DNA of 64,000 nt from Macrostomum lignano (lineage: Eukaryota): contig NIVC01002413.1 in NCBI GenBank assembly GCA_002269645.1, positions 112,940-176,939 on the forward strand, read 5' to 3'. Of this stretch, positions 22,878 to 34,843 are shown one piece after another. Position numbers and translations under genes: made by a program. A model generated the notes under the pieces. It did not search any database. It was not told the DNA's origin and was given only the letters and a program-made list of their open reading frames with translations. Every line of letters starts with the position of its first letter. Position 1 is the stretch's first letter.

Positions 22878-23012
22878 CGCCGAAGGATCACCTGAGGCTC
22901 CGCCGAAGGATCACCTGAGGCTCCGCCGAAGGATCACCTGAGGCTCCGCCGAAGGATCACCTGAGGCTCCGCCGAAGGATCACCTGAGGCTCCGCCGAAG
23001 GATCACCTGAGG
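22878..23012. repeat. 23-bp tandem repeat (CGCCGAAGGATCACCTGAGGCTC) x~5.9, probably in the 3' UTR
   Basis: Direct reading. Confidence 0.9.
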
Positions 23013-25464
23013 TTTATGAGTCTAATTAAGGACAACAGGAAAGCGAGAAAATAAGTACAGGTCAAGGCTAATGAGGTTCGGATTTCAGTGGCAGGTTAAA
23101 ACCGTATTAGCCAGTTTTGTCTCTTGATGGCCTATTTACCTAAGTAACTGTCTGCTCTCACGCTCTGCCACTTGTATTGGAATATATTGTAGCCCATCTG
23201 CTCTACTCAAAAACAGAATTTAAAATTCTCTAGTCTATCAAGATGTCTCCGCTGCTATGAAAGTGCAACGTGTCCCATAGTGTGTATTTGGAATATTTTG
23301 TAGCTAGTAATAGCAGCAATCGATTGCAGCCCAGTGCCGTGCCCAACTAAACTCTAGTAAAGAAGTCTAATCTCTTCCAACACCATCCTGCTGTTGTTAA
23401 TTTGTTAATTTTTTAATCAAACTAATTACATTTTAGTTGCTCGCACGCGTTAAAGCTACTGAGAGTAGCATTTGCTTAAGTTATGCCCTCTTTTTTAAAC
23501 TGTTTGATTTTTGTCTTTTTTGTTTGTTTGTTTTAATTTTTAACTGTTAATAAAAAGCCGGCAAATGTTTTTTGTGTAATTTGTTCAAAATGGTACTACT
23601 GAAACTAAGTAGGGTGTCCGCCAATCGGGTAGTAAATAATAATTAGATGACGAGGCATTGCTGGTATAATGTTAAGTTATATTTACTCCCGCTTTTTACC
23701 TACTAGTTGCGCGGACAATATATATTTTAAATTAAATTGATTTCAGTTGCAATATTTTTAACTAAGCCAACGAATCTTCTTCATCCTGTCCCAGGCTTAA
23801 TCATTTTGCCTCAGCGATCGTGCCTGCATTTCTAGCTCACACACTGTCTCCCCCCTCTTCCCCCTCTCTATCTTTTGTTACGGTTACCTTGGTTGAAATT
23901 TTTGGGAAGTTAACTTAGTTAGCTTCCGAAATTATTTGCTTTGTTATTTGCTCCGAAATAACTTTTATCTCATTCACATCGTGTTTCAATTGTCTAAGGT
24001 TGGTCTGCTTGTCTGTTGGCCTATGTAGGATTAAACTGCTGTCAATTTATATTGTACTCGATGTCAGGAAGCACTTTTTATTTACTACTGTATGCTAATG
24101 TACCAGTTTCCAATCCAAGTCCAAGAAAGACTGGTCCCTAATTGTCTATGGCCCAAACCGAGGTCAATTAGGCTTGGCTCCGCAGACCCCCTTTTTGGGC
24201 CATAGACAGTGAAAAGCAAGAAGTCTTCAATAGCTTCTTGATATCTTAGACTCATTTGGCTTGGAAAATGTTATGACCGTTACTCTCATTAATTATTAAT
24301 TACAGTTATTATTATTACAGTAATTAGAATGATACTTAACTTAAAAAACACCAATTCGCAAATCTTGAATCAAGTCCTGTGATTGATTTTGTGCGTGGTT
24401 TTTTTCAATTTAATTGTTCTGTCTTCATTGCTTATATCAGATTGTGTTACTATTTAACATATATTAGTGCATCCGTTTCGTCAGAACTGTTTTGCATTGC
24501 GCTCCGTCTGTTTCTGCTAGCCCATACATATAGATTTTTATTACTTGTTTAGTTAACACGCAACCAAATGTTTCTACTCTTGTCACTTGTCAGTAGCAAG
24601 TAAGGAAAATGAGAGACTTCTTCAGATAAGGAAAGGCAAATCAAATTGTCACGTGACTCGCATCGATTTATCAGTTGGGTTCGATGTACATTGGTGTAGC
24701 TCAATGTACACTGGCTGTTTAAACTCCGCGGCATGGGCTGGGCAAATAGAATTGAGGGTGCACCAAGAGAAAATAAACCTAGAGATATGTCCTAATGTTA
24801 TACTACTGAATTGGAAGTAGCACAAGCGCTTATGGAGCGCTTTTTTGACTCTGCTAGAACAGAAAATGAAAATTCTCATTTTGAACAGTATATCTCACTG
24901 ATTGGCATCATTTATTACCTGTTATTTTGTTGCGTAATTTTACCTGCTCTAAATCCTCCCTTTATATATTTATTATCTCTCTCCTTCAGTCTCGTTTGTG
25001 ATGCTATTTGTGGCGCGTACAATATGAGATTATAAACTAATCTTAGTGACTGGCGTTAACTGACTCATTAATATATAGATAATAACTTATTAGTAGCTAG
25101 GTAAGTATTCTTATCTTTTAATACTTATATTATGTTTACTAATGTTTCTTTCGACCTAACCGAAAAATGCTCATCGTGCTATACATTGTAACTTAAAATA
25201 AGTAAATTTATCATCAATTATTACTGTATGATTCTGTAATAAGTAATTTGTATTATTAATAATAATATTAATATCCGTATGTAGCCTAACGGTTAAACAA
25301 AAAATATAAAAACAAGTAGCTATGCGCTGACACACGCAAGAAAGACGCATTGTACTTTCAATACAATTCTTGTTCTAAGCCAAATATTTTATTGTTTGGT
25401 TTTTTTGTCTTCTTTGTTTTTCTTTTTCATTGAACAGGGCGCCCAGACATTCAAGGATTGTAGA

Positions 25465-26232
25465 GGGTGCTGATTCAGGGGTGTCAGGGGTGTCAGGGGT
25501 GCTAATTCAGGGGTGTCAGGGGTGCTGATTCATGAGTGTCAGGGGTGCTGATTCAGGGGTGTCAGGGGTGCTGATTCATGAGTTTCAGGGGTGCTGATTC
25601 AGGGGTGTCAGGGGTGCTGATTCAGGAGTGTCAGGGTGCTGATTCATGCGTGTCAGGGTGCTGATTCAGGAGTGTCAGGGTGCTGATTCAGGGGTGTCAG
25701 GGGTGCTGATTCAGGGGTGTCAGGGGTGCTGATTCAGGAGTGTCAGGGTGCTGATTCAGGGGTGTCAGGGTGCTGATTCAGGAGTGTCAGGGTGCTGATT
25801 CAGGAGTGTCAGGGGTGCTGATTCAGGGGTGTCAGGGTGCTGATTCAGGAGTGTCAGGGGTGTCAGGGTGCTGATTCAGGAGTGTCAGGGGTGTCAGGGT
25901 GCTGATTCAGGAGTGTCAGGGTGCTGATTCAGGAGTGTCAGGGTGCTGATTCAGGAGTGTCAGGGTGCTGATTCAGGAGTGTCAGGGGTGTCAGGGTGCT
26001 GATTCAGGAGTGTCAGGGTGCTGATTCAGGAGTGTCAGGGGTGCTGATTCAGGGGTGTCAGGGTGCTGATTCAGGAGTGTCAGGGTGCTGATTCAGGAGT
26101 GTCAGGGTGCTGATTCAGGAGTGTCAGGGGTGCTGATTCAGGGGTGTCAGGGTGCTGATTCAGGGGTGTCAGGGTGCTGATTCAGGGGTGTCAGTGGTGC
26201 TGATTTATGAGTGTCAGGGGTGCTGATTCAGA
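25465..26232. repeat. 22-23-bp minisatellite (GGTGCTGATTCAGGAGTGTCAG)
   Basis: Direct reading. Confidence 0.93.
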
Positions 26233-26952
26233 GAGTGAAGATGGCACGAACAGCCAGAAATCTCATGCCTCATCGCCAGATCGTTCTCTCGAGATGAAAG
26301 AATAAAAATATTCATAATATGATGGATGCTATCAATAATCTTAAAAGTGTTTTAAAAATACATATAGAGATATTTTTCTTCTGCAGAGCACAAATTTTAA
26401 TATGGAATTGTTTTTGTTGTTGCATTTTCAAGAGCTAAATGGCATTCAGGGCTATAGAAGTGTAATGCAAAACTTATGGACAGATTCTTGTTGCAATTTG
26501 CATGCGTGCCCTGAGAGATGTACGTTTATCGGGGGTGGGTGGGGGTGTTTGAGGGCTGGCGCGCGGAAAACGTGAATATGAAGAGTCAGTTGCTTTGTAT
26601 AGTTTGAACGAATAGACACTGCTTCAACCACAATAAATGATTGTACAGTGCGCATAGGCTGTGGGCTACTAAAGGCTCTGTATGTTTAGGGAGCGAGGGC
26701 GAGAGCAAGAGAGAGAGAAAGAATGTCAAAAACACGGAGAAAAAATTGACAAAAGGCTGCTTGCACCACCTCTCGGTCTTAAGAAGCTGCGCACGTGTCA
26801 CGCGCTCTTAACCCCTCACCTGTACCCCCACCCCCACCCCGCATACCCCTTGTCGTTGCCGCCTTAAATTTCAGCGCCCTGCATCTGTGCCTCCCGAGTG
26901 CTGTCTTGACATTTTAGCTAGTATCATCACACATCGTTTCGTCATTAAACTC

Positions 26953-27242
26953 ATGGCAGCTGCAGTGAAGTCAAGCGGCTTGAAGCTCTCAGGTACAGCC
27001 GCGGCAGCTGGTCATCGCGCTGACAGCAACGTCGGGGATGCCTGCACCGAGATCTCCTTCGGCTCCATTGGCGACGACGAATCTGTGGTTGTCGGCGGTG
27101 GTGGCAACGGCGGCGGCGGCATTCCGGAGCAGCTGCTGGACAGTATCGGGCTGGCCGAGTACAGCAACGACGAGAAGTTCCAGTTGGACAGCGTGTTGCA
27201 GAGGGTCCACGCTGCTCAGGCGATGGACGAGAAGCGGAAAGA
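26953..27242 (+). CDS. SYTL4/5-like (btsz): Synaptotagmin-like protein (Slp/exophilin; Rab-binding domain + C2A + C2B), exon 1; gene spans 26953-34046, ~816 aa (894 aa with the optional exon)
   Basis: First in-frame ATG. SHD1-like helix EKFQLDSVLQRVHAAQAMDEKR. Phase-2 donor GA|gtgaga. Confidence 0.8.
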
Positions 27243-27305
27243 GTGAGAGACACGTGTCTGGCAAGTTTGTCTAACACACAGCTTGGGTCTAACACTATCT
27301 GGAAC

Positions 27306-27611
27306 GGGTTGTAGCCCAGTGGTTAGAGCGTTGGACTCGCGACTGGAAGGTCGGGGGTTCGATTCCCAATCCCACTAGAACCAATTTGTGTCCTTGAGCA
27401 GGACACTCAACTCTGCATTGCTTCACTTCACCCAGCTGTAAATGGGTGCCAGCATTAGCTGGGGTAATTGAGAGTGTGTGTGGCGATCCCCCAGTCCTTG
27501 GACCGAACAGACGTACGCAGCCTTCAGATGCGCCGCGCAATAGCTGCGGCTGAGCTGTCGGTTGCACATCTGGCCCGATTGAGGCAGCTGTGATCAATTA
27601 TTATTATTATC
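27306..27611 (+). mobile_element. tRNA-derived SINE with a CORE/Meta-type central domain and (ATT)n tail, in intron 1
   Basis: A box TAGCCCAGTGG, B box GGTTCGATTCC, central tgtgtccttgagcaggacact...cacccagctgtaaatgggt, and a 3' tail shared with 17995-18086. Confidence 0.8.
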
Positions 27612-27692
27612 AGGATGTTGATGCTTTGTGTCTATCAGGTTTATTGCTTGTATCTTAACAAGCTCACGTCAATTTCTATTCCTAACCTCCAG

Positions 27693-28027
27693 ACGACTTC
27701 GTCAGCAGCTGCAGACGGCCCTGACCGAGGCCAGTTCAGTTCAGGAGAGACTGCAATCAGGCCTGCTGTACACAATGTGCGAGCTCTGCGGCGGCAAGCT
27801 CTACCCGTTCAGTAAGCGCTACGTTTGCCAGCGCTGCCAGAACCTCGCCTGCTCCAACTGCGTCCATCTGGTGCACAAGTCTGTGCAGTGCCACCTGTGC
27901 CATCTGGAGTTCGTCACCGAGGCCCAGTCTGGAGAATGGTTCCTGGCTGAGGTGCGGCGCAGGACCGAGCGAGCCTACTTTGGCCCCGAGATTTTGCGGG
28001 CATCGCTGAGGAGGGAGCGAAAACGGC
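27693..28027 (+). CDS. SYTL4/5-like (btsz): SYTL exon 2: Rab-binding FYVE-like Zn finger and SGEWF motif
   Basis: CELC...CQRC...CSNC...CHLC followed by SGEWF; phases 2/1 consistent. Confidence 0.9.
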
Positions 28028-28048
28028 GTGAGTGTCCGGGGGGAGATC

Positions 28049-28430
28049 TGATAGATGCCTTATAGATGTCAGATAGATGTCTTATGGAGATGACTGATAG
28101 ATGCCTTATAGATGTCAGATAGATGTCTTATGGAGATGACTGATAGATGCCTTATAGATGTCAGATAGATGTCTTATGGAGATGGCTGATAGATGCCTTA
28201 TAGATGTCAGATAGATGTCTTATGGAGATGACTGATAGATGCCTTATAGATGTCAGATAGATGTCTTATGGAGATGACTGATAGATGCCTTATAGATGTC
28301 TGATAGATGCCTTATATAGATTTCTTATAGATGTCCTATAGCGATGTCTGATAGATTCCTTATAGAGATGTCTGATAGATGTCTTATAAATATGTCTGCT
28401 AGAGATGTCTGATAGATGCCTTAGACAGAT
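28049..28430. repeat. 46-bp (2 x ~23) intronic minisatellite (ATAGATGCCTTATAGATGTCAGATAGATGTCTTATGGAGATGACTG)
   Basis: Direct reading. Confidence 0.9.
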
Positions 28431-28469
28431 CTAACAGACGCTCTCATCTCCGCGAACCCCTCGTTTCAG

Positions 28470-28906
28470 TCGTATCCGAGGAAAGAATGCGTAGAGCTTC
28501 AGCCACGCCTGCGCCCGGCTCCACCGCAGCTGCCGCCCCAGCGGTGGAAGTTGGCGCCGTCTCAAAAACTAAAGGCGCCGACGCGCCAGACAGCGCCAGT
28601 GCCGGGGCAGCGTCGGCGCCGCCGCCAGCTTCTGAAACTCGCCCAGCCGATAGCGGCAAAGAAGACGCTAAAAAGAAGAAGAAAGACAAGAAAGAAAGAG
28701 AGAAGGAGAAGGAGAAGGCGAAGCAGAAGCAGAAAGAGGAGAAGAAACGAGAGAAACGGCGGAGGCACTCGCCGGAGCTGCCGCCGCCGCCCCCGCCGCC
28801 GCCGCCAGTTGAACTAACCGTAATCGAACCATCGGCTGGCGTCATCGTGGAAGCTGATGCTCAGTCAAATCAGGAAGTGGCCGTTGTCGAAGAAGTCAAT
28901 GTTCAG
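28470..28906 (+). CDS. SYTL4/5-like (btsz): SYTL exon 3 (low-complexity linker, KE-rich and poly-Pro)
   Basis: Phase-1 acceptor tcgtttcag|TC; phase-0 donor CAG|gtgagc. Confidence 0.75.
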
Positions 28907-28923
28907 GTGAGCGAAAGTTTTTG

Positions 28924-29492
28924 GGGGCGCTTTAGCACGAGGGGCGCCAGCATCAGGGGCGCCAGCACCAGGGGCGCCAGCACCAGGGGCGCCAGCACCA
29001 GGGGCGCCAGCACCAGGGGCGCCAGCACCAGGGGCGCCAGCACCAGGGGCGCCAGCACCAGGGGCGCCAGCACCAGGGGCGCCAGCACCAGGGGCGCCAG
29101 CACCAGGGGCGCCAGCACCAGGGGCGCCAGCACCAGGGGCGCCAGCACCAGGGGCGCCAGCACCAGGGTCGCCAGCACCAGGGGCGCCAGCACCAGGGGC
29201 GCCAGCACCAGGGGCGCCAGCATCAGGGGCGCCAGCACCAGGGGCGCCAGCATCAGGGGCGCCAGCACCAGGGGCGCCAGCACCAGGGGCGCCAGCACCA
29301 GGGGCGCCAGCACCAGGGGCGCCAGCACCAGGGGCGCCAGCATCAGGGGCGCCAGCACCAGGGGCGCCAGCACCAGGGGCGCCAGCACCAGGGGCGCCAG
29401 CATCAGGGGCGCCAGCACCAGGGGCGCCAGCACCAGGGGCGCCAGCACCAGGGGCGCCAGCATCAGGGGCGCCAGCACCAGGGGCGCCAGCA
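28924..29492. repeat. 15-bp intronic minisatellite (GGGGCGCCAGCACCA), ~38 copies
   Basis: Direct reading. Confidence 0.95.
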
Positions 29493-29745
29493 CTCACACA
29501 TGAGTTTACAGCGGCCCTAACTTTACGAGCGTATTTATCGTAATGCATGTACACTTCACTTTGCCTTGGGGTGTTTGTCCCTCAAGCTGGGCGTCAATTG
29601 CACGAGCAGAGCCAAGCCGAGATTCCAATTTAGCCCCAAATTAATGCGACTGCACTTAGAATCGAGCCTAGGCCGCTGGCACATCAGAGTGCCCTGCTAA
29701 TACCTGTAGTCTTAACTCGCAAACCCGATCTTTCCCACCGTACAG

Positions 29746-30126
29746 ATGGAAGCCGCCGCCCCTGAAGCTGTAGACGGAGACGGCCAGCCGGAGGAGCAAG
29801 ATCTGCAACACCAGCAAGAAGCAGAAAATGGGGAAGCGGCAGATGGGGAAGCGGCAGATGAGGAAGCGGCAGATGGGGAAGCGGCAGATGGGGAAGCGGC
29901 AGATGGGGAAGCGGCAGATGATGGGGAAGCGGCAGGACAAGAACAGGAAGAAGAGCTTGGCGAGCCCGAGGAACTTGAAGCTGCCGCCTCATCGGGTCCG
30001 GTCGCCCCAGAGATTGTCGTCACCGAGGAGATCGCGGATGAAGATGAAGATGGAGCTGCTGCGGCTGCGGCCGAGGCTGACAAAGCCAGCACCTCGGGGA
30101 CGTCCAACCTGCGGATTGTGGATGCT
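29746..30126 (+). CDS. SYTL4/5-like (btsz): SYTL exon 4 (acidic linker with EAADG repeats)
   Basis: Acceptor tttcccaccgtacag|ATG; phase-0 donor GCT|gtaagt. Confidence 0.78.
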
Positions 30127-30133
30127 GTAAGTC

Positions 30134-30490
<357 letters not shown>

Positions 30491-30510
30491 TATGCCTCCC
30501 ACATCCACAG

Positions 30511-30744
30511 CTGAAGCTAAAGCTTCCCTCCCCTATTTGCCAGTCAGCCGTCTCTCTCCCAGACAGGCAGCTCAGTCTCAGTGGCGCCGCTTTAAATCTT
30601 CTAAAGCGACGTCGCTCCTTCTTGAAGCTGTCGGCACCACCGCGACCGCCCCCGCCGATCGTTGAGATCGCCAAGCGGGCATCGGCGGCTTTTCTGGACC
30701 TTCGACTGCGGTCGGTGCTGCACCGGCTGCAGCTTCTGGAAAAA
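30511..30744 (+). CDS. Possible optional phase-0/0 SYTL exon (78 codons)
   Basis: Acceptor ctcccacatccacag|CTG; open frame with KRRRSF; weak donor AAA|gtactt. Confidence 0.4.
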
Positions 30745-30929
30745 GTACTTTTCTTAATTAGCCCTTAAAGCCCTCGGCATCCAGCTGCGAATGGCCGCTT
30801 TTTAAACCTTTTGGCGCTGCTTTTTATTTCTATCGCGGTGGTTGAGGCGATTTTTAAATTAGATCAATTTTTTGCTTGGTGATGGCTGCTTGCGCTAGCT
30901 GTACTATCTCACTTTTTCTCCAGTCCGAG

Positions 30930-31262
30930 CACTCATTCTTCTCATCTAATCTCGCCTCATGCTTCTCATCTAATCTCCCCCTCATTCTTCTCATCTAATC
31001 TCCTCTCATTCTTCTCATCTAATCTCCTCTCATTCTTCTCATCTAATCTCCTCTCATTCTTCTCAACTAATCTCCTCTCATGCTTCTCATCTAATCTCCT
31101 CTCATTCTTCTCGTCTAATCTCCTCTCATTCTTCTCATTTAATCTCCTCTCATTCTTCTCATCTAATCTCCTCTCATTCTTCTCATCTAATCTCCTCTCA
31201 TTCTTCTCATCTAATCTCCTCTCATTCTTCTCATCTAATCTCCTCTTTTTTCTCATCTAATT
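30930..31262. repeat. 24-bp intronic minisatellite (CTCATTCTTCTCATCTAATCTCCT)
   Basis: Direct reading. Confidence 0.92.
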
Positions 31263-31357
31263 CCCCCTCTTTCTCCTCATTATTTTATGTAATTTACGAT
31301 ATTCATGGTGTTAAAAACTGGAGTTTAACGCAATAAAATTCGAACATTCCTCATCAG

Positions 31358-31678
31358 ACCAGCTGCGAGTCTGTGCTGAGCAACATCAGCGAGACAGAAG
31401 ACTCTTACCGGGGCATTCGCGCCTCAGGCGAGGTGGAAATCTCGGCAAAATTCTCGTCAGGAGTGCTGACCGTGCTAGTGCACCGCTGCCGCAACCTGGC
31501 CAGGATCGATGGCAGGCAGCCGAGTCCCTACGTGAAGACCTACCTGCTGCCGGACAAGACTAAGCGGTCGAAACGTCGAACCAATGCCCGTCGGGGCACC
31601 TGCAATCCGAGCTTCGGAGCTCAGCCGCTGGTGTACCCTGATCTGACCTCTGGTGATCTGGAGATGCGGACTCTGCAG
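31358..31678 (+). CDS. SYTL4/5-like (btsz): SYTL exon: C2A N-terminal half
   Basis: SGEV...PYVKTYLLPDKTKRSKRRT...TCNPSF...LEMRTLQ; phases 0/0. Confidence 0.92.
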
Positions 31679-31812
31679 GTACCAGCTGGGATTTATGGGT
31701 TTTTGATTATGATCTCTGGCGTTGATTTGTAAGTTGTGATGTTTGATCATGACCATGATCATCATTCATCATTCATCATTTATGATTCATGATTTATGAT
31801 ATTATTTAATTG

Positions 31813-32155
31813 AACACTGTATGACCAGAAAGGTAGCACTGTAGGACTAGTATGGAAGCACTGTATGACAAGAAAGGAAACACTGTATGACCAGTAAGAA
31901 ACACTGTATGACCAGTAAGAAAGCACTGTAGGACTAGTATGGAAGCACTGTATGACCAGAAAGGAAACACTGTATGACCAGTAAGGAAACACTGTATGAC
32001 CAGTAAGAAAGCACTGTATGACCAGTAAGGAAGTACTGTATGACCAGTAAGAAAGCACTGTATGACCAGTAAGAAAGCACTGTATGACCAGTAAGAAAGC
32101 ACTGTATGACCAGTAAGGAAGCACTGTATGACCAGTAAGGAAGTACTGTGTGACC
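31813..32155. repeat. ~22-bp intronic minisatellite (CACTGTATGACCAGTAAGAAAG)
   Basis: Direct reading. Confidence 0.9.
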
Positions 32156-32271
32156 AAAAGAAAAATATAAAATTCTCTATAAAGCTAAGAACACTGTCTC
32201 ACGAGTCACCACCTTTTAAGAAGGTATCAACTATTTCAGCTAAAACTGCATACAATTTCCCTTGCCCTCAG

Positions 32272-32606
32272 GTGTCAGTGTGGCACTCCGTGGCCCTGGG
32301 CGCCAACCTATTCCTAGGCCAGGCACTCGTGCCAATGGAGCAGTGCGACCAAATCTTCTCAGGCGGCAAGCACTGGCTGCCGCTGAGGGACCGGCACACC
32401 AGTCCTGGCGGCGTGTCGCTGCCAACCCTGATGTACCAGGGCGAGATCGCCGTATCAATTCGGTTTGAAGCCGACAATAAATCGGAAGAGTCGGATAATA
32501 ACGATGAGGCTAGAGGCCGACTGGAGATCTGGGTTCGGTCCTGTAGGAAGCTGGCCTCCGCTACTGGTGGAGCGGCCACTCTCAACGTGTCACCCTACGT
32601 GAAATG
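32272..32606 (+). CDS. SYTL4/5-like (btsz): SYTL exon: C2A end and C2B start
   Basis: VSVWH...NLFLGQALVP...WLPL...YQGEI...GRLEIWVRSCRKL...PYVK; phases 0/2. Confidence 0.9.
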
Positions 32607-32629
32607 GTGATTTTATATGGGGTTGTGGC

Positions 32630-33110
32630 ATCTGTATGACTGAAATCATCCACTCTGTATGACTGAATTCATCCGTTCTGTATGACTGAAATCATCCACT
32701 CTGTATGACTGAAATCATCCACTCTGTATGACTGAAATCATCCATTCTGTATGACTGAATTCATCCGTTTTGTATGACTGAAATCATCCATTCTGTATGA
32801 CTGAATTCATCCGTTCTGTATGACTGAATTCATCCACTCTGTATGATTGAAATCATCCACTCTGTATGACTGAAATCATCCATTCTGTATGACTGAAATA
32901 ATCCACTTTGTATGACTGAATTCATCCGTTTTGTATGACTGAAATCATCCATTCTGTATGACTGAATTCATCCGTTCTGTATGACTGAATTCATCCACTC
33001 TGTATGACTGAAATAATCCACTTTGTATGACTGAAATCATCGATTCTGAATGACTGAAATCACTCAGTTTGCATGACTGAAATAACCCTGTCTGTATGAC
33101 TGAAATCATT
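32630..33110. repeat. 23-bp intronic minisatellite (CTGTATGACTGAAATCATCCACT)
   Basis: Direct reading. Confidence 0.9.
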
Positions 33111-33244
33111 CAGCTCTCTCCTTCTGGCTTAGAGGATACAAGAGTGCACAGTATGTTGTCGGAGTGCTCAGGTTACTTAGAGTGCTCAGAAGTACTCAGT
33201 GGTGTTGAGTCCTGTTACTCATTTCCCCCCGCCCGTCCTCGCAG

Positions 33245-33453
33245 CTACCTGCTCCCCAGCAGGCATCAGGCGTCCAAGCGCAAGTCCAAGGTGGTGAAAG
33301 CCAACCCGAACCCAGAATTCAACGCCATGCTCACCTACAACGGAGTCACTCGGCGCGAACTGCGCGACCGGTCTATTGAGCTGACCGTTTGGGATCACGT
33401 GCTGCTGGGGAGAAACGACTTTCTCGGTGGTGTTCGTCTTAATATCGGAGACA
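33245..33453 (+). CDS. SYTL4/5-like (btsz): SYTL exon: C2B core
   Basis: Splice TG|C gives PYVKCYLLP; K..VVKANPNPEFN...IELTVWDH...NDFLGGVRL. Confidence 0.92.
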
Positions 33454-33464
33454 GTGAGTGTGCT

Positions 33465-33885
33465 GTACATGTGGCTGATTCTCTACCCTAAATGTACATC
33501 TGGCTGATTCTCTGCCCCTAAATGTACATCTGGCTGATTCTCTGCCCCTAAATGTACATCTGGCTGATTCTCTGCCCCTAAATGTACATCTGGCTGATTC
33601 TCTACCCTACATGTAAATGTACATCTGGCTGATTCTCTGCCCCTAAATGTACATCTGGCTGATTCTCTGCTCCTAAATGTACATCTGGCTGATTCTCTGC
33701 CCCTAAATGTACATCTGGCTGATTCTCTACCCTAAATGTACATCTGGCTGATTCTCTGCCCTAAATGTACATCTGGCTGATTCTCTACCCTAAATGTACA
33801 TCTGGCTGATTCTCTGCCCTAAATGTACATCTGGCTGATTCTCTGCCCCTAAATGTGCATCTGGCTGATTCTCTGCCCCTGAATG
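33465..33885. repeat. 30-bp intronic minisatellite (AAATGTACATCTGGCTGATTCTCTGCCCCT)
   Basis: Direct reading. Confidence 0.92.
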
Positions 33886-33903
33886 TACATCAATCCATTG
33901 CAG

Positions 33904-34046
33904 CTGCCCGCTATTCCTGGATGGACGCCAGGGGCCACGAGCAGACATTGTGGACTGGCATGCTGTCAAATCCAAGCAAGTGGATCGACGCCAGCCTCAT
34001 TTTGCGACCCAATATGGACCCCCTAGCAACGCACATTGCCCAGTGA
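33904..34046 (+). CDS. SYTL4/5-like (btsz): SYTL terminal exon
   Basis: WMDARGHEQTLWTGMLSNPSKWIDASLILR matches the Slp C-terminal WMDS.GEE..LW..M...P..W.E..L.LR motif; phase-1 acceptor; TGA stop. Confidence 0.9.
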
Positions 34047-34622
34047 GTTGAGATTTCTCATTGGCAAAGTATCGACTTATCTTAGTCCTCTTTCTGTCCC
34101 TTAATTATTTGAATTACCTTTTAACTGCCAAGTCTGCTCTGGTCTATGTTTATTTATTGCTCCTATCTATTTTTGCCGTTTTTTGTAAAAAAAATAAATA
34201 ATTAATCTCCTTTTGCAGTGCGTGTGCATCGCTAATCTTTAAAATATGTTTTAATCACAATACGCTCGTAAAGTTTTTGGCCGTCAAATTTTAATCAACC
34301 TTCGAAATATTAATTTCAATTCAATTTTAGCTAGAAAAATTTTAAGTCCTTGCTTTTTTATCGAACTGTGTCTGGTGGAGTACTGTAAACAGTTTTAGCA
34401 CACATTTGTTATAATTGCTGTGTTATACCGACCTGTTAATTCTATTAATTTTAATTTGTGTGCGGAAAATGTTTGCCTGTGAAAGTATAAGCCCGCGAAT
34501 AGAGAATACACTGATTACTTAATGAACTTGCACCTCCCGTGAGCCATCGAAAACCTTGTTTGGAAGACTTTTAAAGTGATTTAAGCTTTTTAAACGACCC
34601 GATTCATATTTTTGTTGGCTAA

Positions 34623-34674
34623 TTAGTTAGTTAGTTAGTTACTTACTTACTTAGTTAGTTAGTCAGTCATTCAT

Positions 34675-34714
<40 letters not shown>

Positions 34715-34728
34715 GTAGTAGTTAGTTG

Positions 34729-34767
<39 letters not shown>

Positions 34768-34843
34768 GGTTAGTTAGTTAGTTAGTTAGTTAGTTGGTTA
34801 GTTAGTTACTTAGTTAGGTAGTAGTTAGTTGGTTAGTTAGTTA
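34623..34843. repeat. (TTAG)n microsatellite
   Basis: Direct reading. Confidence 0.92.

Noticed and set aside
22878-23012. GGATCACCTGAGG resembling an Alu segment or the SSU rRNA 3' end
   Set aside because: Only a 13-nt match inside a 23-bp tandem unit, with no surrounding Alu or rRNA sequence.
27306-27380. Functional tRNA gene
   Set aside because: The anticodon stem does not pair (TTGGA/CTGGA), there is no clear acceptor stem, and the sequence continues into a SINE body.
28865-29554. GAPGA collagen/silk-like and ASTRG repeat ORFs
   Set aside because: Translations of a 15-bp intronic minisatellite lying between valid splice sites.
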